Assembly: GCF_001194135.2 (NCBI RefSeq)
Contig: NC_068985.1
Coordinates: forward strand, 42,642,618-42,701,592
Source of the DNA: Octopus bimaculoides
Lineage: Eukaryota
DNA: 58,975 nucleotides
Direction: 5' to 3'
In this document: positions 48,452-58,947 of the stretch, in pieces
Layout of the letters: each line of letters begins with the position of its first letter
Position numbering within the stretch: the first letter of the stretch is position 1
The notes under the pieces: model-generated
What the model saw: the letters and a program-made list of their open reading frames with translations, nothing else
What the model was told of the DNA's origin: nothing
Database searches by the model: none
Translations under genes and position numbers: made by a program

Positions 48452-51400
48452 CGAGCGAGATCGTTGCCAGTGCCCCTGGACTGGCTCTTGTGAGGGTGGC
48501 ACATAAAATGCACCATTTTGAGCGTGGCTGTTGCCAGTACCGCCTGACTGGCCTTCATGCGGGTGACACGTAAAAGCACCCACTACACTCTCGGAGTGGT
48601 TGGCGTTAGGAAGGGCATCCAGCTGTAGAAACTCTGCCAAATCAGATTGGAGCCTGGTGTTGCCATCCGGTTTCACCAGTCCTCAGTCAAATCGTCCAAC
48701 CCATGCTAGCATGGAAAGCGGACGTTAAACGATGATGATGATGATGATGAGGGTGCGATGGGTAAATTGTCACCATTTTATATTTTTAATTTTGAGCATG
48801 CGCATTGTTTGGTTTTGATTTTGTCAACTACACAGTATAGTAGGGTCAGTTGGGCACCATCTGTGAGAAAAGCAACACCATGACACAATTCACTTTGCCA
48901 GAAATTTGGAAATGATGTGCTGTACTGCTCGGCATTCACACCGGAAGCTCTAATACCAACATTTCAGAGTGTTTGGGTGTCAGTCTGAGGACATATACCA
49001 AGAGTGATAAAAATCAAACACCCGGTCAACATCATGGTGTTTGAAATGATCACTTGTGATGGTGGCATTATGCCTCCATTTATCACAGATGCCAACATCA
49101 AGTGCCTGAAGGAAGTACTGCTGCCCTGGGTCAAGAGGGTGGCTGCTGGAAGACCCTATGTCTGGCAACAGGACCCTACACCATGTCACACAAGCAGGAG
49201 AACCCAGTCATGGCTGTCAGACAATTTCTGTAGCCACATCACCCCTAACATCTGGCCACCTAACTCCCCAGACTGCAACCTCCTTGGATATTATGTGTGG
49301 GGCGTAGTTGAGCGAGAGACCAATAAACTCCTTGTAACACCAAAGATGAACTGAAGGCGAGGATTACAGCAGCGTTCACCAACTTAAACAAGGAGACTAT
49401 CCAGAAGAGTTGCAGGAGATTCAGATGTTGTCTAGAGACCATGATTGAAGCCAATGGTGATTTTATTAAATAAATTTACTCTTTAGTATTTCAAGATATT
49501 TTTATGTAATTTTGGTAAATATATCTGATAAAATGAAATGTCAGTGTTATTTTCATTTTTGCATAATATAGATTGACAGTTTATTCACTGCACCCTCTAT
49601 ATACGCAAACACACACTCACACACACATAGCCATATATATGTACTTGTAGAAATATAAATACATGCACATGTATCGCCATGTATGCCTGTATACATACCC
49701 TTACCCAAAGCCTAGTTTATACAGACCTACATGCTGGTGTATATATGTATACTCATACATCCATATACACAAATGCAGCTACACCCATCTGTATACACAA
49801 AGTTAGTTACCCACACACACATACAGCAATATATATATGTATGTATATTATAGAGCTTTTAGATAATCATACTAATATCTGGCCCCCACCAACCAGCCCA
49901 GCTGTCGTTTCTCTCTGTCTGTTCTACAACTATAGTTAGTACAAATAGTCACTAACCAACACACTCCAAGCCCTGACCTCATACACCGCTAGCTCCCCTC
50001 TCTCAGCTTTGTTCTACTACTACCATCACCACCACCACTACTCCTACTACTACTACATGTTGTCACTAAATAACGCCCTCTAGTACCCAGTGGTGGGGAT
50101 ATATACAGACTGCTGTCTCCTTTCTCAGACTGATCTACTAGCACTAATACAGTAATATCTGTTTCTAAAAGATGGTTGATCTCATGCCATCTGCACTCAG
50201 ATTCACTTGACTCTCCTCCCCATGTCCCACATAAAGTGTCCCCACTGCCACCACTGCCACCACCACCACCACCAGTATGTCTGCATTAAACAGTTTCCAG
50301 GCCTTCCTCACCAAATATCATCCCAGTTCATATTTTTCATGCAGCCATCAACTTGATGTCATTCAAAAGGGATACCAACTGCATCAATCTTTTCGGTCTA
50401 AGAATATTTGTGATGGCTATAGGCTCATCTATTTCCTCCATACTATATCTTATAGATAAAAGGTCAAATTGGTTCTTAACTGAAGCCATTTCAATCCATT
50501 TATCACTAATATAGTCTGAATGACACTACCTTCATCTCTGACAAAGTCAAAAATCAGTTACACACTTAACCTTTTTGTTACCATAATTCAGTTGAAATAT
50601 ACATCCTTTATTTCAATTAAATTTTAAAATAATGAAGAATTTAGTGAAACGACCATATCATTATTAAGCTAGAGTTTGGAACATAAATTAACATGAACTT
50701 TGGTATCACAGAACTATATAAGCAGACTCAGGCAGGTTGGTATTGAAAAGGTTAATGATACATAAGTTGATAGATATTTCATAGACTTAGATGTAACTAA
50801 GATGTAACCTGTGACCTGTGGGGTCACCAGAAAACACTGAGTTTCACGAGTTAAATTTTTTTCTTATCAAGGTTATTTTGCATGCTTTCAACAAATGTGA
50901 CATCGAAATTACGTGTATCCAGCTCCATTCCTGCGTGCGTGCGTGCGTGAGATGTATTCCACTGAATTTAGGTAAATAATGTGGGTGTGTGCGTGTGTGT
51001 GTGTGTATGTGTGTGGATGTGCGTGTGTGTGTATTTCATTGTTTTCATTAATAAATAGATGTCCAAATATCAGAAAACCTCGTACTGCACTGCATAAAGT
51101 ATGTATGAAAATAAATACGTTAAAAAAATGTGAGATAAAATATACTGTTTCTGAGATATTTGAGGAATAAACAAACATCTTCTAGAGTTTCAGTTTTATT
51201 AAGATTAGATGTAAATACTCTAGCTCTGAAGAAAATATGACATTTCAAACTGTATAACTTACAACTAAGAGGAATTACTTGCAAAGTATTCTCCTGTAAT
51301 AACACTTTTACAGAGAGTCCCACCAACCTTTGTTATTACTTTATACAAGCAACATACATATGTTGATGCATTTGTAAAATGGTAACATTATTTAAACATG

Positions 51401-51847
51401 AATGGGAATGTGAGTTATACATTTTAGTGTTTATTGTAGGAAAGATATACAGAGAAAACTGTATTAACCCTTTAGCATTTAAAGCAGCTGTATCAAGGCA
51501 AAATATTCAACTTGTCTTATGTTCAAAATGGCCAGATCTGGTCTCTCACACTTAGCCTACAATATTACTCTAAAATTAAGCACTCACATCATTGAAATTT
51601 CAAAGCTACAAGACAATGCATGACTAATTCAAATCGAAGTGAATAAGTAAGCATAACACTTGACAGAGTAATCTGAATGTTAACGGGTTATTGACTAGAA
51701 GTAAAGTGAAGTAATTAAGGAAAGGGAAAAGAAAGTAAAATATGACTAGATGTAGCTGGAATAATTCAATGAGCCAAATTGAAATAGCTTGTAAGCTAAA
51801 CACCATATGTTTAAATGGCACACTTAGAAATACTGCAACAAATAGAA

Positions 51848-51885
<38 letters not shown>

Positions 51886-54800
51886 ACATCAGTAGGTATA
51901 GGTTAAAGTAGTGAAGAAAGGCAAACAATTAGTCTAGGTAGGACAAGGACATTTGATTTCATTTAATTCAATCTAAAATCTTTTGCTACATAATGAGTGG
52001 TAAAAGTAGTACAATCTGATAAAGTTTGTACTATTTTTACTACTCATTTTTTAGATTGAATAAAATGAAATTAAATGTCCTTATCCTGTATTGCCTAATT
52101 GTTTGCCTTTCCTTGCTACTTTAACCTATACCTACTGCCTCAAAGGGAAGCCACCATCAGCCATTTTTTGAACAAGACAATCACAAAACCACAACTTCAA
52201 CCGCTGTCCTGACTAGAATTTTGGTGACACACCTATTTGAGTACTCAGAACACATACCTTTTAGATTGAGTCATCCTGATAAAAACTCCTCATATCCTCT
52301 ATATACATAACCTATTTTAGTCATTAGATTGCAACCATGCTAGAGTTTTAGTCAAACAAATCGACTCCATTATTTATCTTTTTAACTCGGGTATTTATTT
52401 TCTTGGTCTCTTTTATTGAACCACTAAGTTATAGGGATATAACCAAACCACTACTGGTTGCCAAGTGGTGTGGGGTACAAAGACAAGCATATATACAAAT
52501 ATATATATGACTGGCTTTTTTTTTCGGTTTCTCTCCCAGACAACTCCTTTACTCCCAACTATGCAAAGGGAAAAGAGGGAAAAGAGGGAAGAGAAACCAT
52601 GGAAGACCTAGACCAAAAACACTGCAAAAAGGGAATATGAGGTTAAAGGAATTGATCATAATAAATGGCAAACTCAAGCAAAAAAAACGGCCAGTTTGGA
52701 GAAAACTTATCAAGTCATGCCAAAGCCATGAGCAGTCATAGTCGCAACGATTGACTGTAGATACCGATATATCTATCTATTATACTGCAGCTCTCCACCA
52801 CCCTGCATTTTTGTCATATTTATATTGCCACTTATCACCTCTTCCTCCCTGACTTACTCCTATTTACTTCACCTTCCCATCCAAAACTGATATTCAGAAT
52901 TAACTATGCCTCCACTCATGTTCACTATTCAATACATTTACCTCTTCCCCATTTGTCACTTCCCTTTCACACTCTTGCAAACTTACCTACCCAATCTTCC
53001 TGATTCTTTGCCCTTATTCTTTGCCCTTATTCTCTCTTATATTCACTATCTTGTGTCTTGAGTGTATGTCCTGATACCTTGTCACCACCATCTTTTTTGT
53101 TTCAGCTGGGATAGCCATGTATCTACCGTATAGCAAGACACCTGTCGCTATATCGCTATCATACTTCTCGACACCTGGCACAAAGCCACTTACCTCAATA
53201 CTATACTGCCACTCAAAGGGTTTTGTCTTGTGAATTACTTGGTGACCTTACATGTGCCAGTACCACAAAAATACCTACAACACTCTGTAAAGTGATTAGC
53301 ATTGAGAAGGGCATGCAGCCATAGAAACCATGCCAAAGCTGACAATAGGTCTCAATGCAGCTCTCTGGCTTGTTGATTTTGTCAAACTGTCCAACCCATG
53401 CCAACAAGTTAATAAATGATGATGAAGATGATGATGATGATGATGATGATGAATTCTGCTTTTGCCCTCAAATATTCCTAAGCATTTTTTTTCTTTGTAC
53501 TCTAAGACCCCAAATTCCTCTTAATTCAAAGAACTCACCTGCCAGTCACAGATCCAGCAATATCCATTATATTTTTTAACATTCCATGAACTCCTTTGTA
53601 AGTAGCTGACCCATCAAAATGACCAATACAGGTGGCTCCAGAGCCTAAATAAACAAAATATGAAATATATTATTGAAAATACTTAGATTCCAATATAGAT
53701 AAAGAATACAAGCAAAAAGTGAAGGATCATTATATGAGAAAAAAATTGTAATAACCAGGCCAGATACAGATATGTCTGCAACACAGTAGTTAGCGTCATC
53801 TCTACACAGTAGTTAGTGGAATGGCATGCAATGACAATGATCCACAATGACAGATAATGACACACAATGACACATAATGATGCACAATAATAATGACAAT
53901 GATAGATACTGAAAAGTAAGTACAAAAAATGATAGACAATGACAGAAACAAGATACTCGACTGATTAATGTCTTTTGGTTCAGATTTAGTCAAATATATT
54001 TGAAAAGAAATGTCATTTTCCTTGTTTCAGATTTTGTTTTTTGGTTTCAAATAAATCTTTCCAAGAAATTAAAAGACTGGAAACCAAAATAGACAAATTT
54101 TAAAAATTCAAATTTAAAATGAAATCAAAATTAGATTTTTCAATTCAAATTTAAATATCAGTTTTTATGTTCAAGATTCAGTTTTAATTTTTTTTTTTCA
54201 ATTTGTGTGATTCACTTCCACCTGCATTAACCAACCATACTCTTGTTTTCAGTTTATGGAAACATTTCCATTTTAGTAATTTGAACATTTTTTTGTCTCA
54301 AAAATTTTTAATTTTTAAAAATTCTTATTCCTGGAGTTATATAAAACAATGTAAGAATTTGGTGCAATTTTATGAAGCTACAACTCTGGAATAACATCTC
54401 ATTTTACAGGGCTGTAAAATAGTAAAGTGAAGGCAAGTGGCTTTGTGGTTAGGACATTGCATTCACAATCACTAGATCAAGAGTTTGATTCCCAGACTAT
54501 GCAGCGCTTGTGTTCTTGAGAAAAACACTACATTTTACATTGTTCTGTGAGTGGGAGAGCGGCAGAATTGTTAGTGCATCAGCAGAAATGCTTTACAGTA
54601 TATCTTCTACCTCTCTACAGTCTGAGTTCAAATCTTACCTGTTTGGAGAAAGCAACAGGAAACCAATCCAGTATACATCTCATTTAGTCATGGCGACTGA
54701 AGTTCCAGTAAACTACATGACAGTAGCAGGAAAGGGTACAGGTACACCCAGGTCATATAGGGAATGCTGGAGAAGGTTTCCATGCAGAGGACCTACCCAA

Positions 54801-57711
54801 GGGCAGACCACTGCTAGACAAGAAAATAGTAAAATGATGGAGTAAAATAGTATGATGATGATGATAAACAATGATTTCTTTTGCTGCTTTCAACACACAT
54901 TCATTATATTCTTTGATCTAAATATAAATAATTTACAAACCTGTCTCCCTTAGAACTGCAATGTGACATGTTGTAGCACTATCTGTTCCTAGGTATGATA
55001 TGGAATCTGAAAATAGGAAACATAAGAAGGTTTAACAAATTGACTCCAGTTGATTTTAGTTAGTTAAAGCTTGGTTAGAAGAGGAAGGACAGTACCTCTG
55101 TCCCTTTTCAGTACCTCAGAGACTGATGGGACAAAGGAAGGGAGGTAGATTTCAGACCAGAGAGCTGTTGAATGCATACAAGAGCAGACTCTACTAAAGA
55201 CAATCAAAGGCCAGCAGCTGCTGCTGAAGATGAAGATGATGGTGATTATAGTGGAGGTGGTGGTGATTATAGTGGAGGTGGTGGTGGTTACAGTATTAAA
55301 CCAAGTAACAGATTTATGTCTGCTACTTAAGTACAAAAATGGTGCCTCTAGTGAGCTTCTATAATTCCCACTAATCAAATTTCACTCGCATGGCTTTAAT
55401 TAACTGAAGGTTTAAGTAAAAGACATTCACCCAGGGTGCCATGCAATGGAATGGAACCCAAAACGATATAGTTGTGAAGTGAACTACCTAACGACACAGA
55501 CATCCTTTAGATATTTAATTTTGAAGTAAATGAGCCCCGGGTTGACTAAAGCCTTGTTAATGAATTTGGTATACGGAAACTGAAAGAAGCCCATCATATA
55601 TATATATATATGTGTGTTTGTGTGTGTGTCTTTGTGTGTGTGTCTTTGTGTCTGTGTCTGTCTGCCACGACCACTAGACAACAGGTGCTGGTGTGTTTAC
55701 ATCCTCATAATCTAGAAGTTCGGATAAAGAGACCAACAGAATAAGTACCAGGCATAAAAAAAAAAAAAGAAATAAGTATTGGGATCAATTCATTTGACTA
55801 AAATTCTTCAAGATGGTAACCCAGCATGGCTGCAGTCTAATGGCTGAAACAAGTGAAGATAAAAGATATGCGTAAGCATGTGAGAGTATGTATGTTTGTG
55901 TCTCCTCAGCTTGACATCATGTGGTAATTGTAAAATGACTTATCACTGTTATACAAGCAGTGTCATTTACTTCCAATATCCTGCAAAAACATGCCTGAAC
56001 ATGGGAAAATATTACCTAGCTTGGAAACAGATGAGAGTTGGTAACAGGAATAGCAACCAGCTGTAAAATATCTGTCTCAATAAACACTGTCCAACCCATG
56101 CAAGCATGGAAAAGTGGATGTTAAAATGATGATGATATCAAATATGTATCAGAATAAATAAAATATATACAAGTAATATATTAAATGTTATATATGAAAT
56201 ATATACCAGTAATATATTTATATTAAAAGGTAAGAAAGTAATATATATCACTTTTAATGTTTTATATCCATGTTTTTTATGTTTACCTATGAGGGATTAG
56301 TTGTTGATTTGTTTTTTCAGCTGGATGCCCTTCCTATGGCTATCCACTCAACCGTGAAGTGCAAATGGAATTTGTATTTCTATGCCAGGTTAAACTAGGG
56401 CAAACAGAGTTATGTGCTTTGCTCAGCGATTGACTGAAGTTTACTACTACCACTAAAATTAATACTTTACTGACTAACTACATAAATGAACAATACTAGT
56501 ATCCTTTCCAATGTGTAGAAACACAAACAAGCTTTAGACAATCATACCATCTTCTTTTTTTACAAGCCCACCTACAACGTATATTTCACGAAAACCCGAC
56601 AATTTTTATTTGTAACTAGCAGAAATACCCGGCTTTGCCCGGGTTAAAGAGAATAATGAAATCTAAAAACGCCGTCTAGACTACGCAACCCTCAACTGTT
56701 AGCAGCTATGATACCATATTTCTACATTAATAACTCTCCAATCCATGCCAGCATGGAACATAGACATTAAGTGGAATGCCAGTCTCTCATCTAGGAGGGC
56801 CTTGAAATCAATGTTACCAACTGGGGACTATGTGTGTCGTAGTGATAATAAAAAGACCCAAAGGAGGTCTGCAACGAAATAATTTTACTCAGTGGAGGCA
56901 AAGATGCGTCTCATTTACTTGACAATTTATGCACCACATTGCAGAAATCACAATGTAAGNNNNNNNNNNNNNNNNNNNNNNNNNNNNNNNNNNNNNNNNN
57001 NNNNNNNNNNNNNNNNNNNNNNNNNNNNNNNNNNNNNNNNNNNNNNNNNNNNNNNNNNNNNNNNNNNNNNNNNNNNNNNNNNNNNNNNNNNNNNNNNNNN
57101 NNNNNNNNNNNNNNNNNNNNNNNNNNNNNNNNNNNNNNNNNNNNNNNNNNNNNNNNNNNNNNNNNNNNNNNNNNNNNNNNNNNNNNNNNNNNNNNNNNNN
57201 NNNNNNNNNNNNNNNNNNNNNNNNNNNNNNNNNNNNNNNNNNNNNNNNNNNNNNNNNNNNNNNNNNNNNNNNNNNNNNNNNNNNNNNNNNNNNNNNNNNN
57301 NNNNNNNNNNNNNNNNNNNNNNNNNNNNNNNNNNNNNNNNNNNNNNNNNNNNNNNNNNNNNNNNNNNNNNNNNNNNNNNNNNNNNNNNNNNNNNNNNNNN
57401 NNNNNNNNNNNNNNNNNNNNNNNNNNNNNNNNNNNNNNNNNNNNNNNNNNNNNNNNNNNNNNNNNNNNNNNNNNNNNNNNNNNNNNNNNNNNNNNNNNNN
57501 NNNNNNNNNNNNNNNNNNNNNNNNNGAGTGTTTTTGTTTCACTTTTGACACGTAATACTTAAATAGTGGAGGAGATATTATGTTGCTGTGGGCTCGAACT
57601 CTGCAAGAAGTTAAAATGTTTTTTGACTAAAACACAACTGGAACCCTAAGTAAGGCATCTGTAAAATTTGAATGAAATTGGTTGTGTAGTTCTCGAGTTT
57701 TAGGGATTCAC

Positions 57712-57750
<39 letters not shown>

Positions 57751-57761
57751 GGAAGACAGAA

Positions 57762-57800
<39 letters not shown>

Positions 57801-58465
57801 TATTCTCATTTTTATATATATAGATTTACTAAGAAAAAAGATGTTAGCAGTTGTTCCAACACAGAAATTAGGTTAGAATTAAAAACATGATCAGGTTATC
57901 TTCAACATCTGAGACCATTTGAGAAAGGAAGTAAATAATACTGGAAAGAATTTATCAAAACATTTCATAAAGGAAAACATACTAAAGATGAAATCCACAC
58001 TGCAATGTACTGTTTGATATTTTATGACAGTCAAATCAACAAAAGTGATATGTGAGATTATTATTGGACGTGTAAGTACTTGCTAAACAGAACACACTTA
58101 ACTGCCACATAACCAGTGAAGGATAAAACTAGTGTAGTTTTATGCTGAACCAAATAGATTTGTCAGTTTCTCATTTAAAAACTGAACATGCAAGGTTCAC
58201 AGAGATTAGATGAGTTTGCTAAATCATGTTACCATGATAGATATGTCAAGCTGTGATACCACGTTGAATACCATATGTTCAAGAATGTTTTGCAAAAACT
58301 CGTTTCACTGCAGAAGAGCCAGTCAAAATGTAAGATAAACATTGAAGATAATCACAACTTACTGTCAATAGGAGATGTCCCAGCATATTCTTTCTGTCCA
58401 ACATACAACAAACCTTTTGGGTCTAACAATTTCACTGGAATATCTCGGAGTTTCATTGAAGCTTC
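37291..58465 (-). CDS. NTAN1: Protein N-terminal asparagine amidohydrolase (Nt-Asn amidase), spliced gene, exons 2-10; 5' exon outside window
   Basis: Nine hand-found GT-AG exons (103+66+106+74+54+54+104+120+180 = 861 nt) join in frame: EASMKLRDIPVKLLDPKGLLYVGQKEYAGTSPIDNSISYLGTDSATTCHIAVLRETGSGATCIGHFDGSATYKGVHGMLKNIMDIAGSVTGRFELTLAGGFNDERRISSQISDELLYEFNSHPQDVHLMCATISDMNTVMKEGTPFPVIYGLGVDMKHREIFPATFVDRGPDYPLRNAMRMFDWQDSFPCIYNFHLRRIVIQPFNYCVDDVSCVDKFINLTDKEILMKFSTSPKQEPPNFVEDFRNTFIHIRIHPTPMRSLFKNGLPRYYKQSPEGLWVDSGHSYR*. This matches recalled human NTAN1 motifs (GLLYV, GSDDATTCH, GATC..H.DG, GGF.D, FPVIYG, DRGP, STSP..EPP.F, GLW). Confidence 0.96.
37535..37850 (+). repeat. About 320-bp repeat, homologous to 40160-40475
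   Basis: Shared blocks ggtaaatacatttaagaa..ctctgaggaagaagg.aagtctgatgtttt..cctttgttggcaagagaaa; the second copy lies just upstream of hAT coding remnants. Confidence 0.75.
40029..41340 (+). mobile_element. Fossil hAT (Buster/Charlie, ZBED5/SCAND3-like) transposon in NTAN1 intron 9
   Basis: TIR-like cagtttcccaacctgggg; decayed peptides FYLSDISKILNLLKSQLQ, VYTEEIKKLHNDIEIRFKDLLEMNIP, RLQESLIELQCN. Confidence 0.7.
42729..42848 (-). CDS. NTAN1: NTAN1 exon 9 (120 nt, phase 0 to 0)
   Basis: Acceptor atatactttcag, donor gtaagt; encodes FPCIYNFHLRRIVIQPFNYCVDDVSCVDKFINLTDKEILM. Confidence 0.94.
43500..43603 (-). CDS. NTAN1: NTAN1 exon 8 (104 nt, phase 1 to 0)
   Basis: Acceptor atttatattacag, donor gtaagt; encodes (G)VDMKHREIFPATFVDRGPDYPLRNAMRMFDWQDS. 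Confidence 0.95.
43935..45165 (+). mobile_element. 5'-truncated RTE-clade LINE (ORF 3' end, tandem-repeat 3' UTR, (ATG)n tail), antisense in NTAN1 intron 7
   Basis: LQVVDSFCYLGDQVSSGGGCSESVAARISIAWAKFRELLPLL..SETWAMT..RGRPRETWDEVVK; ends ggacattaaacgacaatgatgatgatg. Confidence 0.93.
45434..45487 (-). CDS. NTAN1: NTAN1 exon 7 (54 nt, phase 1 to 1)
   Basis: Acceptor ctttatcatccag, donor gtacgt; encodes (D)MNTVMKEGTPFPVIYGL. Confidence 0.95.
45700..46200 (+). mobile_element. Highly decayed CR1/Jockey-type LINE RT C-terminal remnant
   Basis: Fragments such as KTAPQK and DIPDHIQKKVIQLI resemble the L(D/E)RIQKRA.RLI motif; many disruptions. Confidence 0.4.
46544..46597 (-). CDS. NTAN1: NTAN1 exon 6 (54 nt, phase 1 to 1)
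   Basis: Acceptor cttctttacag, donor gtaaaa; encodes (Y)EFNSHPQDVHLMCATIS. Confidence 0.93.
46930..47340 (-). mobile_element. Older RTE LINE ORF-end fragment in NTAN1 intron 5
   Basis: Reverse complement is homologous to 44200-44620 (gaatgaagc..atggatgaggaca..tgtggaagagg). Confidence 0.8.
47685..47758 (-). CDS. NTAN1: NTAN1 exon 5 (74 nt, phase 2 to 1)
   Basis: Acceptor tcttattttccag, donor gtaagt; encodes (R)FELTLAGGFNDERRISSQISDELL. Confidence 0.95.
47797..48150 (+). mobile_element. SINE family A, near full length
   Basis: ggcacaggcatgactgtgtgg..ggttcagtcccactgc..agcatggccacagtc. Further copies at about 11655-11805(-), 22135-22320(-), 52305-52520(-), 55420-55595(-), 55600-55865(+). Confidence 0.8.
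48452..48750 (+). mobile_element. Young 5'-truncated RTE 3' UTR / tail insertion
   Basis: CpG-intact ggcgttaggaagggcatccagctg..ggaaagcggacgttaaacgatgatgatg; near-identical reverse copy at 58713-58840. Confidence 0.85.
48749..49597 (+). mobile_element. Internally deleted Tc1/mariner DD37D (maT-type) element
   Basis: TIR gagggtgc.atg..taaa.tgtca mirrored at 49573-49597 followed by TA; QQD-37 aa-(D to G) in YVWQQDPTPCH..WPPNSPDCNLLGYYVWG; N-terminal HTH missing. Confidence 0.9.
51468..51687 (+). mobile_element. piggyBac-like MITE (TTAA flank, CCC..GGG ends)
   Basis: ttaa|ccctttagcatt ... aatgttaacggg|ttat; relatives at 30985-31189 and about 37990-38190. Confidence 0.65.
51890..52137. repeat. 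About 250-bp imperfect palindromic fold-back element in NTAN1 intron 4
   Basis: cagtaggtataggttaaagtag / ctactttaacctatacctactg at the ends, with pairing continuing to a small central loop near 52015. Confidence 0.85.
52580..53450 (+). mobile_element. Old 5'-truncated RTE insertion: ORF end, CT-rich 3' UTR, family C tail
   Basis: PWKT*TKNTAKREYEVKGIDHNKWQTQAKKRPVWRKLIK, then a pyrimidine tract, then gaagggcatgcagcc..ccaacccatgcc..(gat)n. Confidence 0.6.
53539..53644 (-). CDS. NTAN1: NTAN1 exon 4 (106 nt, phase 1 to 2), carries catalytic His
   Basis: Acceptor ttttgtttatttag, donor gtgagt; encodes GSGATCIGHFDGSATYKGVHGMLKNIMDIAGSVTG(R). Confidence 0.95.
54941..55006 (-). CDS. NTAN1: NTAN1 exon 3 (66 nt, phase 1 to 1), carries catalytic Cys
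   Basis: Acceptor tttcctattttcag, donor gtttgt; encodes (N)SISYLGTDSATTCHIAVLRET. Confidence 0.95.
56616..57824 (-). mobile_element. Non-autonomous Helitron (about 1.2 kb, spans a gap) in NTAN1 intron 2
   Basis: Minus strand: A|TCtatatatataaaaatgag then (tgtc)n at the 5' end; hairpin cccgggcaaagccggg then ctgCTAG|T at the 3' end; A/T target. Confidence 0.85.
58363..58465 (-). CDS. NTAN1: NTAN1 exon 2 (103 nt, phase 0 to 1)
   Basis: Acceptor ttttataatttgtag, donor gtaagt; encodes EASMKLRDIPVKLLDPKGLLYVGQKEYAGTSPID. Confidence 0.94.
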
Positions 58466-58668
58466 CTACAAATTATAAAAGAATGTTACTTGAAAGCTGT
58501 AAAAATGCTAAATAATTCATACATACATACACACACGTGTGTGTACATGGATATATGCATATGTATGTATATACTTATATAAATATACATACATATATGT
58601 GTGTGTGTATACATATATAGATATACAGACACATACATATATGTATTTATATGTGTATGTGTGTGTAT

Positions 58669-58712
<44 letters not shown>

Positions 58713-58856
58713 TCATCATCATCGTTTAACGTCCGCTTTCCATGCTAGCATGGGTTGGACGATTTGACAGAGGACTGGTGAAACCAGATGGCTACACCAG
58801 GCTCCAATCTGATTTGGCAGAGTTTCTACAGCTGGATGCCCATATATATATATATA

Positions 58857-58947
58857 CTAACAGAAATACCCGGCGTTGCCTGGGTTAAAGAGAATAATGA
58901 AATCTAAAAACGCCGTCTAGACTACGCATCATCTTTATATATAGAGA
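58857..58947 (-). mobile_element. 91-bp mini-Helitron in NTAN1 intron 1
   Basis: Minus strand: A|TCtctatatataaagatg..cccaggcaacgccgggtatttctgTTAG|T; shares its 3' about 70 nt with 56616-56686. Confidence 0.8.
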
